In this document: positions 29,876 through 37,611 of the stretch, in pieces
Layout of the letters: each line of letters starts with the position of its first letter
Numbering within the stretch: the first letter of the stretch is position 1
DNA from: a virus
Lineage: Duplodnaviria > Heunggongvirae > Uroviricota > Caudoviricetes
Strand: one strand, 5' to 3'
Length of the DNA: 55,003 nt
IMG/VR virus record: IMGVR_UViG_2740892523_000006
Notes under the pieces: model-generated
The model's database searches: none
What the model saw: only the letters and a program-made list of their open reading frames with translations
What the model was told of the DNA's origin: nothing
Position numbers and translations under genes: made by a program

Positions 29876-30376
29876 TCAGACTTTCGGCAAGTCGTAGCGA
29901 CATAACCATTCATCCGCCGAACGGCGGGCCTCAAGGCCGGGGAGTTTCACCCCCTTTGAATAAATCCAGCGGATATACTGCTTACAGGACGCGGGCATCT
30001 GCCCGGCATTGATCAGGCGCAGAAGCGTGGAGTTGCGAAAGTTCGTTTCACCGGCCCAGAAGATCCACGAAGCCAGCGCCACCGTCTGACCACGGGTAAG
30101 CGGCACCTGAACACGCCGATCAATGGCCGCAAAGGCCCATTTCATGTCCTTTTCCAGTAGTTCCAGGCATTCTTCATCTGTCAGGGTCATACCCGGTTTC
30201 ACATCCGGGCCGGTATGGCCGTAACAGATGGTGGGTGTACCGGTGGGATCGATATACGTGGAGTTTTCTTTCCCTTCCCAGTAACCGGTGTAATGCGTGG
30301 CAATCGTGAACGTCCCGGCACCGGCCAGAACAAGGGCAATCAGCTTTTTACGCAGTGGTGCGGGGAGTTTTGGCAT
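29876..30376 (-). CDS. SAR endolysin (lysozyme, Mu lys-like)
   Basis: 166 aa; N-terminal hydrophobic LIALVLAGAGTFTIA then lysozyme-like region sharing the TICYGHTG/CHGHTG and [18 protein letters not shown] motifs with the lambdoid endolysin at 53557. Confidence 0.8.
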   Translation of the reverse strand: MPKLPAPLRKKLIALVLAGAGTFTIATHYTGYWEGKENSTYIDPTGTPTICYGHTGPDVKPGMTLTDEECLELLEKDMKWAFAAIDRRVQVPLTRGQTVALASWIFWAGETNFRNSTLLRLINAGQMPASCKQYIRWIYSKGVKLPGLEARRSADEWLCRYDLPKV

Positions 30377-30447
30377 TGTTACGCTGTCTCATGATGTTCT
30401 CTGAGTCAGCGTAACGGTGAAGGAGAGGCGGCAGGCTTTGCGGAATA

Positions 30448-30873
30448 TCAGAAAAGTGGCGGTTGCGTTCTTACCAGATGCAGACGGCGCTGTTCGCGTA
30501 TGACGGTATAAATCTGGGTTTCTGACATCCGGTAATGGCGGCGAAGGGATTCAATTTTCTCGCCCCGGTCCCAGCGCGAAAATATCTCATTGTTTCGCAG
30601 CTCGGCAAAGAGAGATTCCCCGACCGGCAGGTAATAACCCCGTCCGCCCATATAGGCTGCCTGAGCCGCAGCCACCTTGCGTGCCAGTTTACCGGCCAGT
30701 ACCGGCTCAATCCCCTGACGCTGAAGTTCTGCGCCGGTGACTTCAACCAGTTCTGACAGGGTCCGCGGCCAGTTCTTTTTGAGAACATCATCAGGGATGT
30801 CATCAAGGCGGTCGATAAGGGCGTGCAGTTGCTCACTGTCACCACCAAACATGCTCATCTGAGTTTCTGCCAT
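30448..30873 (-). CDS. Mor/C-family transcriptional activator
   Basis: 141 aa, C-terminal HTH (RRHYRMSETQIYTVIREQRR); sits between gemA-like gene and lys. Confidence 0.65.
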   Translation of the reverse strand: MAETQMSMFGGDSEQLHALIDRLDDIPDDVLKKNWPRTLSELVEVTGAELQRQGIEPVLAGKLARKVAAAQAAYMGGRGYYLPVGESLFAELRNNEIFSRWDRGEKIESLRRHYRMSETQIYTVIREQRRLHLVRTQPPLF

Positions 30874-30942
30874 ATCAGCCTCCGGTTCTCGCGTTCCCGG
30901 TAAGTTTAAAATAAAAATCCCGCGTTGTGGCGGGATTTGGGG

Positions 30943-31452
30943 TTAACGGGGAAGTGATTTTTCATACTGCCTGCAAACGGCGTCATACCCCATCAGCGTG
31001 CGTTCGGGCATTCCCATCGCGGCCAGCATTTTGCGGCGGTGCCATCGCTTGAGACGCTCCAGCACATCTGAGGCCAGGGCGGGGTGTTGCTCCAGCCACT
31101 GCCAGTTTGCCACACCTTCGCCGCCGTTCTGCGCGGCCGTCTGCGATTTCACCCAGCGGTTAAGAGCGGTTTCCGCACCATCAGAGATAAAGCCCTGCCG
31201 GTGCATCACTTTCCAGATGGCGCGAATTTTGGCGGTCACCGTACCCGGTTTTAAGGCCCGGTTAACCGGTTTCTGACGCACTTTAAAACCGCGTTTTTTG
31301 AAAACATCCAGCACGCGGGATAACTCACCGGGTGACATATCCCGGCAGCTGGTTTTGCCGGTGGCTGCCAGTAGTACGAATGTGTAGGTCTCATCATCTA
31401 GGGCAAGCTCGCGCTTTGCCACATGAATAGCGGATATCAGTTTCCCTCTCAT
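30943..31452 (-). CDS. GemA-like regulatory protein
   Basis: 169 aa, MRGKLISAIHVAKRELALDDETY... recalled as typical GemA/DUF1018 start; position upstream of Mor/C. Confidence 0.6.
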   Translation of the reverse strand: MRGKLISAIHVAKRELALDDETYTFVLLAATGKTSCRDMSPGELSRVLDVFKKRGFKVRQKPVNRALKPGTVTAKIRAIWKVMHRQGFISDGAETALNRWVKSQTAAQNGGEGVANWQWLEQHPALASDVLERLKRWHRRKMLAAMGMPERTLMGYDAVCRQYEKSLPR

Positions 31453-31745
31453 GCTGTATCAACACTCCTGCTGATATGATAGATATTACTTTCCCGATCG
31501 AGCTGAACCCGATACTCCGGAGGAATCACAAAAATATTAAAACCATCATCAGTTTTTATTCTTGAGTAGTATTCCCCCTTATGATATCTGGCAAGTGCAT
31601 TAATCAGAGAAGTCGCCGCCAGCCCAATCAGGTATTTTTTATGAAAAATACTGATAACTTTCCGGCACAGCCATCGTGTAATGACGAATGCACCGAAAAA
31701 CGATGTGATATATAAACACCAGAACAACTGCGAACTACTGTCCAT
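31449..31745 (-). CDS. Hypothetical membrane protein (low-GC islet)
   Basis: 98 aa, N-terminal TM; AT-rich codon usage. Confidence 0.45.
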   Translation of the reverse strand: MDSSSQLFWCLYITSFFGAFVITRWLCRKVISIFHKKYLIGLAATSLINALARYHKGEYYSRIKTDDGFNIFVIPPEYRVQLDRESNIYHISRSVDTA

Positions 31746-31932
31746 TATCTTTCTCCTTATTCAGTCTTCTGCGACATTCGGCACAGTCATCAGGGCTTTC
31801 AAATGTATCCGGCTCGCGATTATGAGCCAGATATAACCACCGCCTACATATACTGATATTATCGCCAGTTTTAAAAAAATGATGCTTCTTAGCCATCAGA
31901 GGGCGCGCCCATCCAGCGGGTAGACTATTCAT
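31735..31932 (-). CDS. Hypothetical Cys-containing small protein (low-GC islet)
   Basis: 65 aa, C...CAEC spacing suggestive of zinc binding. Confidence 0.4.
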   Translation of the reverse strand: MNSLPAGWARPLMAKKHHFFKTGDNISICRRWLYLAHNREPDTFESPDDCAECRRRLNKEKDNGQ

Positions 31933-32299
31933 TTGCTTTATCCTCCATACTGGACAAAATCATCTGTATTAATGTCGGGCGTGGAGATATACGCATTTCA
32001 TTAAGCGTCTGAAGGGCAGCAACAGCTGCCTGTTTATCGGTGCCTTTGGCAATTTCCGCAAGAGAATGCACAATCCATAACGGACTTAACGCCACGACTG
32101 AATCCAGAATCATGTCATCCATAATAATTTCTGACACATCCCGCTTATCACATTCCTTATCCATAAAAGAAACGATTTTTTCCACATCTTCCGGTTTCAT
32201 GCCTCCGGCGATAAGAAATTTGCGATACTCATAAGACGATCTTAATTCAATACTCATATTCATCTCCTGTAACTCTGACAAGGACGTGATTTTTCTCAT
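31925..32299 (-). CDS. Hypothetical protein (low-GC islet)
   Basis: 124 aa; no family recognised. Confidence 0.45.
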   Translation of the reverse strand: MRKITSLSELQEMNMSIELRSSYEYRKFLIAGGMKPEDVEKIVSFMDKECDKRDVSEIIMDDMILDSVVALSPLWIVHSLAEIAKGTDKQAAVAALQTLNEMRISPRPTLIQMILSSMEDKANE

Positions 32300-32481
32300 T
32301 TATGTTTTCCAGTAATACGGATATATATGTCGATAAGAAGATTCATAATAAACAGGAAGAGCGACATCCTGATAAAGAACCAAATATCTGGCATCATGGA
32401 CAGGTTTCCTGTAATCGCAAATATAAAACCAACCCCCAACACCGGAACGAAAATTGCGAAAAATACAAGTCTCTTTATCAT
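32296..32481 (-). CDS. Hypothetical small two-TM membrane protein (low-GC islet)
   Basis: 61 aa, two hydrophobic helices. Confidence 0.4.
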   Translation of the reverse strand: MIKRLVFFAIFVPVLGVGFIFAITGNLSMMPDIWFFIRMSLFLFIMNLLIDIYIRITGKHK

Positions 32482-33029
32482 GGCGTTAACTCCCGTAATA
32501 CAGCGTCCTCGGCAGTCCGGCGATGGTGATAAATAAAATTCACCGTACTCTCGGATAATTCAAATTTCTCGCCTATTTCCCGGAAGGTAAGACGTCGTGG
32601 TGATTCAGCATCCCGTAATTCACGAATAAGATGAACATCATCGTCAGGTATACGGGTGAAGGGCAGCAATTCTCCGTATTTTTTCATGCTTACGCCAATA
32701 TATCGCGCCCGATTGTGGACAGAATCCCGGTCTCGCCCCAGATATTCTCCTATTTGCTTACCGGTCATCGTTCTGGCATTTTTTCGGATAAATTTATCTT
32801 CATCATGTTTAAATCTTGGACGTTTGCATTTGAGCAACTCCGGGTAAGTACCGCGTAATAAAACAATCCGGTTATGTACACCCCAGAAACTTCTTTTTAC
32901 CCTGACAGCAATATCCTTAACCGGGGTGGATGGATAAAGCGCAATCAGCAGCGCATCTTCTTCAGGTGTCCACGCACGGACATGAGCAGGTGCCTGACCT
33001 TTTCGCCCCATGGGTTGTAAAATCATCAT
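32478..33029 (-). CDS. Hypothetical DNA-binding protein with repeated HTH-like segments
   Basis: 183 aa; WTPEEDALLIALY (SANT-like), TGKQIGEYLGRDRDSVHNR and LTFREIGEKFELSESTV HTH-like stretches. Confidence 0.5.
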   Translation of the reverse strand: MMILQPMGRKGQAPAHVRAWTPEEDALLIALYPSTPVKDIAVRVKRSFWGVHNRIVLLRGTYPELLKCKRPRFKHDEDKFIRKNARTMTGKQIGEYLGRDRDSVHNRARYIGVSMKKYGELLPFTRIPDDDVHLIRELRDAESPRRLTFREIGEKFELSESTVNFIYHHRRTAEDAVLRELTP

Positions 33030-33032
33030 ACA

Positions 33033-33548
33033 TCACCCCCTGACTCGCTTTTCAGCAGCATAAAACTCATCAGACAGAATTTCGGTCATTTTCTGATTTG
33101 CGGGTTTTACGCCGCACTCAAGGTAAATCACATCGTCAACGCAGAACCACTTCACAGGGCCAAACATGATTGCCGAGAAATCAATACCCAGCCAGAACAA
33201 CAGTGCATCGGTTCTGGCATACGTGACGGGCGAATATTCACGCCACAGACTGTTAAGTTCGTCAGAGGCAACGCGCAGGGCTTTGGGAATACGTGATGTG
33301 CGCGGTGTGCAGCTCCAGCCATTCGACGCAGTCGGTTTTCGCCATAAGTCGCGATGAAAAGGATATTTGTCATCCATAAAGCGCAGCCCTTTAAAACAAA
33401 AGCCACTGATACCGGATACAAATACCGACCGGCACGCAACATTCAGCACGGCCTCAAGGCGTTTTGCCTCATCCTTAACTTTCTGGCAGTCCTGCTGATA
33501 TTTTTGCCACGCGGCCAGCGCGGAAGGGTTTGATGTTTTAAAGAACAT
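33033..33548 (-). CDS. Hypothetical early protein
   Basis: 171 aa; synteny only. Confidence 0.45.
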   Translation of the reverse strand: MFFKTSNPSALAAWQKYQQDCQKVKDEAKRLEAVLNVACRSVFVSGISGFCFKGLRFMDDKYPFHRDLWRKPTASNGWSCTPRTSRIPKALRVASDELNSLWREYSPVTYARTDALLFWLGIDFSAIMFGPVKWFCVDDVIYLECGVKPANQKMTEILSDEFYAAEKRVRG

Positions 33549-34081
33549 TACGCCACCTCCGCAGATATCCCAGCAGGCGCGGCCGTCCGGTCAACAATCA
33601 GGTAACGCAGAACGCGCGAGGTGATATTCCAGCCGCTTAAACCGCAGATAATGACACCCAGGCGTATGTCGATATACGCCATCACAAACTGGGGCACGCC
33701 TTCTTTCATGGCCTGCTCATCAACTTCAGCCACCACATAAACGGTTTCACAGGTCAGAACGCCCTGAGCAAATTCCCACGCCATTGACGGAATATCATGC
33801 CCCTCAATCCACGGCAGGGATTTTCTGAAGCTGCACCACTGAACATCATCAGCCGCACCTTCCTGGCTGCATTTGCGACGAACCGGCTGCACCGGGCGGG
33901 GACGCGGAATATCATAAAAACCGTTACATTCCGTCAGCACCCCGGCATCGACCGCATCACGCAGAAAATAAACCATCGAGGATGGCGGCATATTCATTTT
34001 TTCAGCCAGAATGCCGCAGGTCAGACGCCCGTAAATACTCAGCCAGTTTTTAACCCCTTCAAGCACTTTTGCATCAATCAT
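33548..34081 (-). CDS. Hypothetical early protein
   Basis: 177 aa; synteny only. Confidence 0.45.
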   Translation of the reverse strand: MIDAKVLEGVKNWLSIYGRLTCGILAEKMNMPPSSMVYFLRDAVDAGVLTECNGFYDIPRPRPVQPVRRKCSQEGAADDVQWCSFRKSLPWIEGHDIPSMAWEFAQGVLTCETVYVVAEVDEQAMKEGVPQFVMAYIDIRLGVIICGLSGWNITSRVLRYLIVDRTAAPAGISAEVA

Positions 34082-34084
34082 GAA

Positions 34085-34627
34085 TTATTCCTCCGTCAGC
34101 GCCACATATTCAGAATGTTTAATCTCCTGGCATTCTTCAGGAATACCCCCTTTTATTTCCCTGCCATAAGCGCCTACTTTAAACACCACGCACAGGGCAT
34201 CACGGGAGAGCGACGGGGTCCACCAGGAGTCCATGTTAAACATGGAGGGGATTCTCATTACCCCCAGCTTTTCACAGAGCCAGACAAGGAAATCAGGACG
34301 CTTTCTTAACTCGCGTTCAGCGGCTTCAATCATTGCGGCAATCGCCGGTCCTTCAGGGCATGACTCATCAGGTCTGGCAATAAAGCACGGTCCGTCCCCG
34401 ACAAAAGCCACATCATCGCGCTTACGCCAGCCCGCAGGCAGAGCACCAGAAAAATAAAACTCACTGATTACGTCCATGGCAAACGGCTTTAAGCGCAATC
34501 CGGCAGCGCCTGTATTTTTCAGTAATGCCCGAAGAATACTGTTGCGTAGCGGTAAAACAGTCTGTTGATATTTGGTGAAATATTTATTTGTCTGCACACG
34601 GTCTAATTTGAAATAAAAATATGCCAT
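34085..34627 (-). CDS. Hypothetical early protein
   Basis: 180 aa; synteny only. Confidence 0.45.
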   Translation of the reverse strand: MAYFYFKLDRVQTNKYFTKYQQTVLPLRNSILRALLKNTGAAGLRLKPFAMDVISEFYFSGALPAGWRKRDDVAFVGDGPCFIARPDESCPEGPAIAAMIEAAERELRKRPDFLVWLCEKLGVMRIPSMFNMDSWWTPSLSRDALCVVFKVGAYGREIKGGIPEECQEIKHSEYVALTEE

Positions 34628-34724
34628 ATATCCTGTTCCTTATTTTCAGTTTACAGGCGCAGGCAGTCCCCTGACGCGAGCGCCATAATTAAAACGAAGT
34701 GATATTTAATTGATTAATGCGGTG

Positions 34725-35255
34725 TTATTTATTCAGTCCAGCGTCCTGTTCAAAAGGCTCGACATAAAAACTTTCAGCGCCTTTATTCACCTTAATACCG
34801 GCAATCCCTTTCACCGCATCCGGCTCCGCCAGGACCGCTTCCTTGTTCACTTCCTCTTTCGTGCGGATAAAACGCTCAAGGCCCATACGGCGCAGCATTT
34901 CAATCACACCTTCCACATCACGACTGACGCTGCATGATGGATTCCCCAGTCGCCATGACACCGTTCCGGTGGTCAGATTGGCAGTTTTGGTTTTGCCGCC
35001 GTTCGTCAGCTCATCTCGGTTGGTTTTGCACCAGTCCTGAATCCCCTTAAAAAGCACTTTGATTTCTTTTTTAAGGTTTTCAATCTGCGGCGTATAACGG
35101 GCGGTGATTTCTGCCACTTCATCATTCATCGCCGTTTCCAGCCGCAGCGCCTCTCGCTGAATATCGCCCAGGGTGCGGATATCGCGGCTGACCTCTTCAC
35201 GGGTCTGCGGTGCCGCCTCTGCTGCGGCCTTTAATTTTGTAACGCGTTTTGCCAT
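34725..35255 (-). CDS. gam: Host-nuclease inhibitor Gam (Mu Gam-like)
   Basis: 176 aa; RLETAMNDEVAEIT...WCKTNRDELTNGGKTKTANLTTGTVSWR...FIRTKEEVNKEA matches recalled Mu Gam. Confidence 0.85.
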   Translation of the reverse strand: MAKRVTKLKAAAEAAPQTREEVSRDIRTLGDIQREALRLETAMNDEVAEITARYTPQIENLKKEIKVLFKGIQDWCKTNRDELTNGGKTKTANLTTGTVSWRLGNPSCSVSRDVEGVIEMLRRMGLERFIRTKEEVNKEAVLAEPDAVKGIAGIKVNKGAESFYVEPFEQDAGLNK

Positions 35256-35266
35256 TTTGTTTTTCC

Positions 35267-35560
35267 TTATTGCAGTGTGCCTGATGCTTTATGCACGCGG
35301 TGGCGTTTAATGATGGCATCCGCCCCAAAAGCCTGTACAGATGCCTGAAATTCCGCTGAGAGAAACTGAATAATTTCAGGACTGTGATACTGGAGAATAC
35401 TTGCATAAACGTCACAGAGTGACGTCGGCCTGTTATTCGTATCACGTTCTGTTTTTACATCCACACCAATCTTTTCATGCACTTCAACACAGTCATTGCC
35501 TGCCGGTTTTTCGTCATGCGAAACATGCTTAAATTCAAAAATAACGCGTACTTTGCTCAT
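35267..35560 (-). CDS. Hypothetical small protein, paralog of 35565-35837
   Basis: Starts MSKVRVIFEFKHV; neighbour starts MSKVVRIIFEYKEHV. Confidence 0.45.
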   Translation of the reverse strand: MSKVRVIFEFKHVSHDEKPAGNDCVEVHEKIGVDVKTERDTNNRPTSLCDVYASILQYHSPEIIQFLSAEFQASVQAFGADAIIKRHRVHKASGTLQ

Positions 35561-35564
35561 GGAA

Positions 35565-35837
35565 TTACCCCTGCTGATTAAATTCATTACCTTTAATAAC
35601 CCCGGAACGCATGCTCATATCTTTCATGAGCGCACTGGCTTTCATTGCCACAAGTTCAGCAAAGTCTCTGCTTTCCGCGAGCATAACCACCCCAAAAATC
35701 ATGGCGGGTCCATCACCCTTCTGCTTTATCCCGGTTGAACGTATGTCCAGACTTACCCCCATGCGCACTGTTCCATCAGCGTTTTTATGGATAACGTGCT
35801 CCTTGTATTCGAAAATAATGCGTACGACTTTACTCAT
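35565..35837 (-). CDS. Hypothetical small protein, paralog of 35267-35560
   Basis: 90 aa; shared N-terminal motif with downstream gene. Confidence 0.45.
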   Translation of the reverse strand: MSKVVRIIFEYKEHVIHKNADGTVRMGVSLDIRSTGIKQKGDGPAMIFGVVMLAESRDFAELVAMKASALMKDMSMRSGVIKGNEFNQQG

Positions 35838-36115
35838 CCTCTGGTCCTCGTTCTGTTTGGATAACTGACCCGGCGTCTGACCTCACGGCAGAACCGAATC
35901 ATGGCATTAAAGGCTTCTTCCTCCGTCACCGCTTCCGGTATCCCCGGAACCAGTAACTGCTCCTGTTCATCACGTCCATGACGCGCCATAACCTCAATCA
36001 CATGCCGTACCGTGGCAGGCTTTCCGGCAACTATCGGCAATGCACCTTCCGGCAGGACGTAACCAAACTCAATAAGACCACTCGACCACGCCCATGCAAT
36101 GAGATTTTTTTTCAC
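35834..36115 (-). CDS. Hypothetical early protein
   Basis: 93 aa; synteny. Confidence 0.4.
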   Translation of the reverse strand: MKKNLIAWAWSSGLIEFGYVLPEGALPIVAGKPATVRHVIEVMARHGRDEQEQLLVPGIPEAVTEEEAFNAMIRFCREVRRRVSYPNRTRTRG

Positions 36116-36116
36116 C

Positions 36117-36383
36117 TCACACCTCCCAGTAAACCGTGCAGCCGCTGATGCGGGTGGCCTTCACACGGCGGCGCAGGCCGTTGGTCTGTATGGTGATTTC
36201 AATTTCACCGGTTCCCTGCACGTTGCCTACCGGCGGCGTGGTTTTCAGTGCAAAACGTTGCGGATAGCGCTTACTGCGTTCCAGTACCGCACCGGCAAGT
36301 TCGGTCAGACGGCGCGCGCTGTTCAGGGAGTCGAATAAATTCATTTTGTTACCGCAGGATTGCATATTCATATAACACCTCAT
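36117..36383 (-). CDS. Hypothetical early protein (kil region)
   Basis: 88 aa; synteny. Confidence 0.4.
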   Translation of the reverse strand: MRCYMNMQSCGNKMNLFDSLNSARRLTELAGAVLERSKRYPQRFALKTTPPVGNVQGTGEIEITIQTNGLRRRVKATRISGCTVYWEV

Positions 36384-36611
36384 TTAGCTGACTTGTTTCG
36401 CACCAACAGAACGGCATATTCCGCTGTAAACGTCTGTCGCACCTTCTCGATCAAGTCCGGCAGATATCACCATTCGTGTGCGGTCATTAAATTCAAAAAG
36501 TAAATCGCCACATTCTTTATTTTCGGCCAGTGAAATCACCTTCACGTTATCGAAATTAACCAGGTAAAAGCGTCCGTAAATATCAGGAATATTAAATACC
36601 GCCATAATCAC
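36384..36611 (-). CDS. Hypothetical early protein (kil region)
   Basis: 75 aa directly after B. Confidence 0.4.
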   Translation of the reverse strand: MIMAVFNIPDIYGRFYLVNFDNVKVISLAENKECGDLLFEFNDRTRMVISAGLDREGATDVYSGICRSVGAKQVS

Positions 36612-37540
36612 ACCTGTGAGAGTAATTCAGGGTTGGTATAAACCTCTTTAAAGGCCGCATTAATATGTTTTTCTGTCAGCGCCGCGCCTTCACCGCTGGC
36701 GGTGAGCCACGCCTGGTTAAGCGTATGTGTCAGAACGCGTAACGCTCCCGGCTTTTCAGCGATAGCCTGCATGACGGCCAGCTCGGCCTCACCACTGATC
36801 CCCCACGCCCTGGCAATGGCCAGCACATCCGCCTTTTTGGCCTTGCGAAGTTGTTTTGTACGGGCAAGACGGCTGAACAGGCGCGATAAATCATCAAAGG
36901 TGCGGCGTCCACCTTTAAACAATCCGCGCGGGTTACCAATAAGCACCATCCCGATCCCCGTGGCGTCCTGAATTGCCCGGAGTTGCTCCAGACCGTCAAT
37001 ACCAAGATGATCCGCCTCATCCACAATAACCAGTCCACGCGTTCCCATCAGGCGACGGCGGATGGCGCGGGATAATGCCCCTTTGTTCGCGCGGGTGTAA
37101 TCAATCCCCAGCGCATCGGCCAGCTCCAGCAGACACTCCGTGACGCTGGAGTGCGCGGGTGACAGGGTGATCATCCAGGTGTTTGGTTGCTCCTGGCAGT
37201 AATTACGGGCAGTGGCCGTTTTACCCACACCCGGTACGCCCACAATAACGTTAATACAGCCCATCAGACGAACCGCCTGAAACAGTGCGCGCAGCTCCTG
37301 GACTGTCTGCGTTTCCACAAACTGCGGCGGTTCCGGCAGTGCGCTTTGTTTATTCCAGTTCTCATACCAGGAACGCAGGGAAGCAGCCACAGCAGCGTTA
37401 TCGCCTTTATATTTTCCCTTACGGAAAGCCGATAATGTGCCGTCGGAAATTCCCGCCTCTCTGGCGATGGCATACTGCGTCAGTACGCCGCCATCAATAA
37501 GTTCATCAATGGTCTTGATTACATCGTTAATATCAGTCAT
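36608..37540 (-). CDS. B: Transposition ATPase B (MuB-like AAA+)
   Basis: 310 aa; Walker A GVPGVGKT, DEADHLG, KKADVLAIARAWGISGE closely parallel recalled MuB. Confidence 0.9.
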   Translation of the reverse strand: MTDINDVIKTIDELIDGGVLTQYAIAREAGISDGTLSAFRKGKYKGDNAAVAASLRSWYENWNKQSALPEPPQFVETQTVQELRALFQAVRLMGCINVIVGVPGVGKTATARNYCQEQPNTWMITLSPAHSSVTECLLELADALGIDYTRANKGALSRAIRRRLMGTRGLVIVDEADHLGIDGLEQLRAIQDATGIGMVLIGNPRGLFKGGRRTFDDLSRLFSRLARTKQLRKAKKADVLAIARAWGISGEAELAVMQAIAEKPGALRVLTHTLNQAWLTASGEGAALTEKHINAAFKEVYTNPELLSQV

Positions 37541-37611
37541 ATTATTAACCTCTCATTTGATACCTTGTTTAATCAAATAACCTGAGTCGCCGCTCGGGTT
37601 ATTTTTTTATT

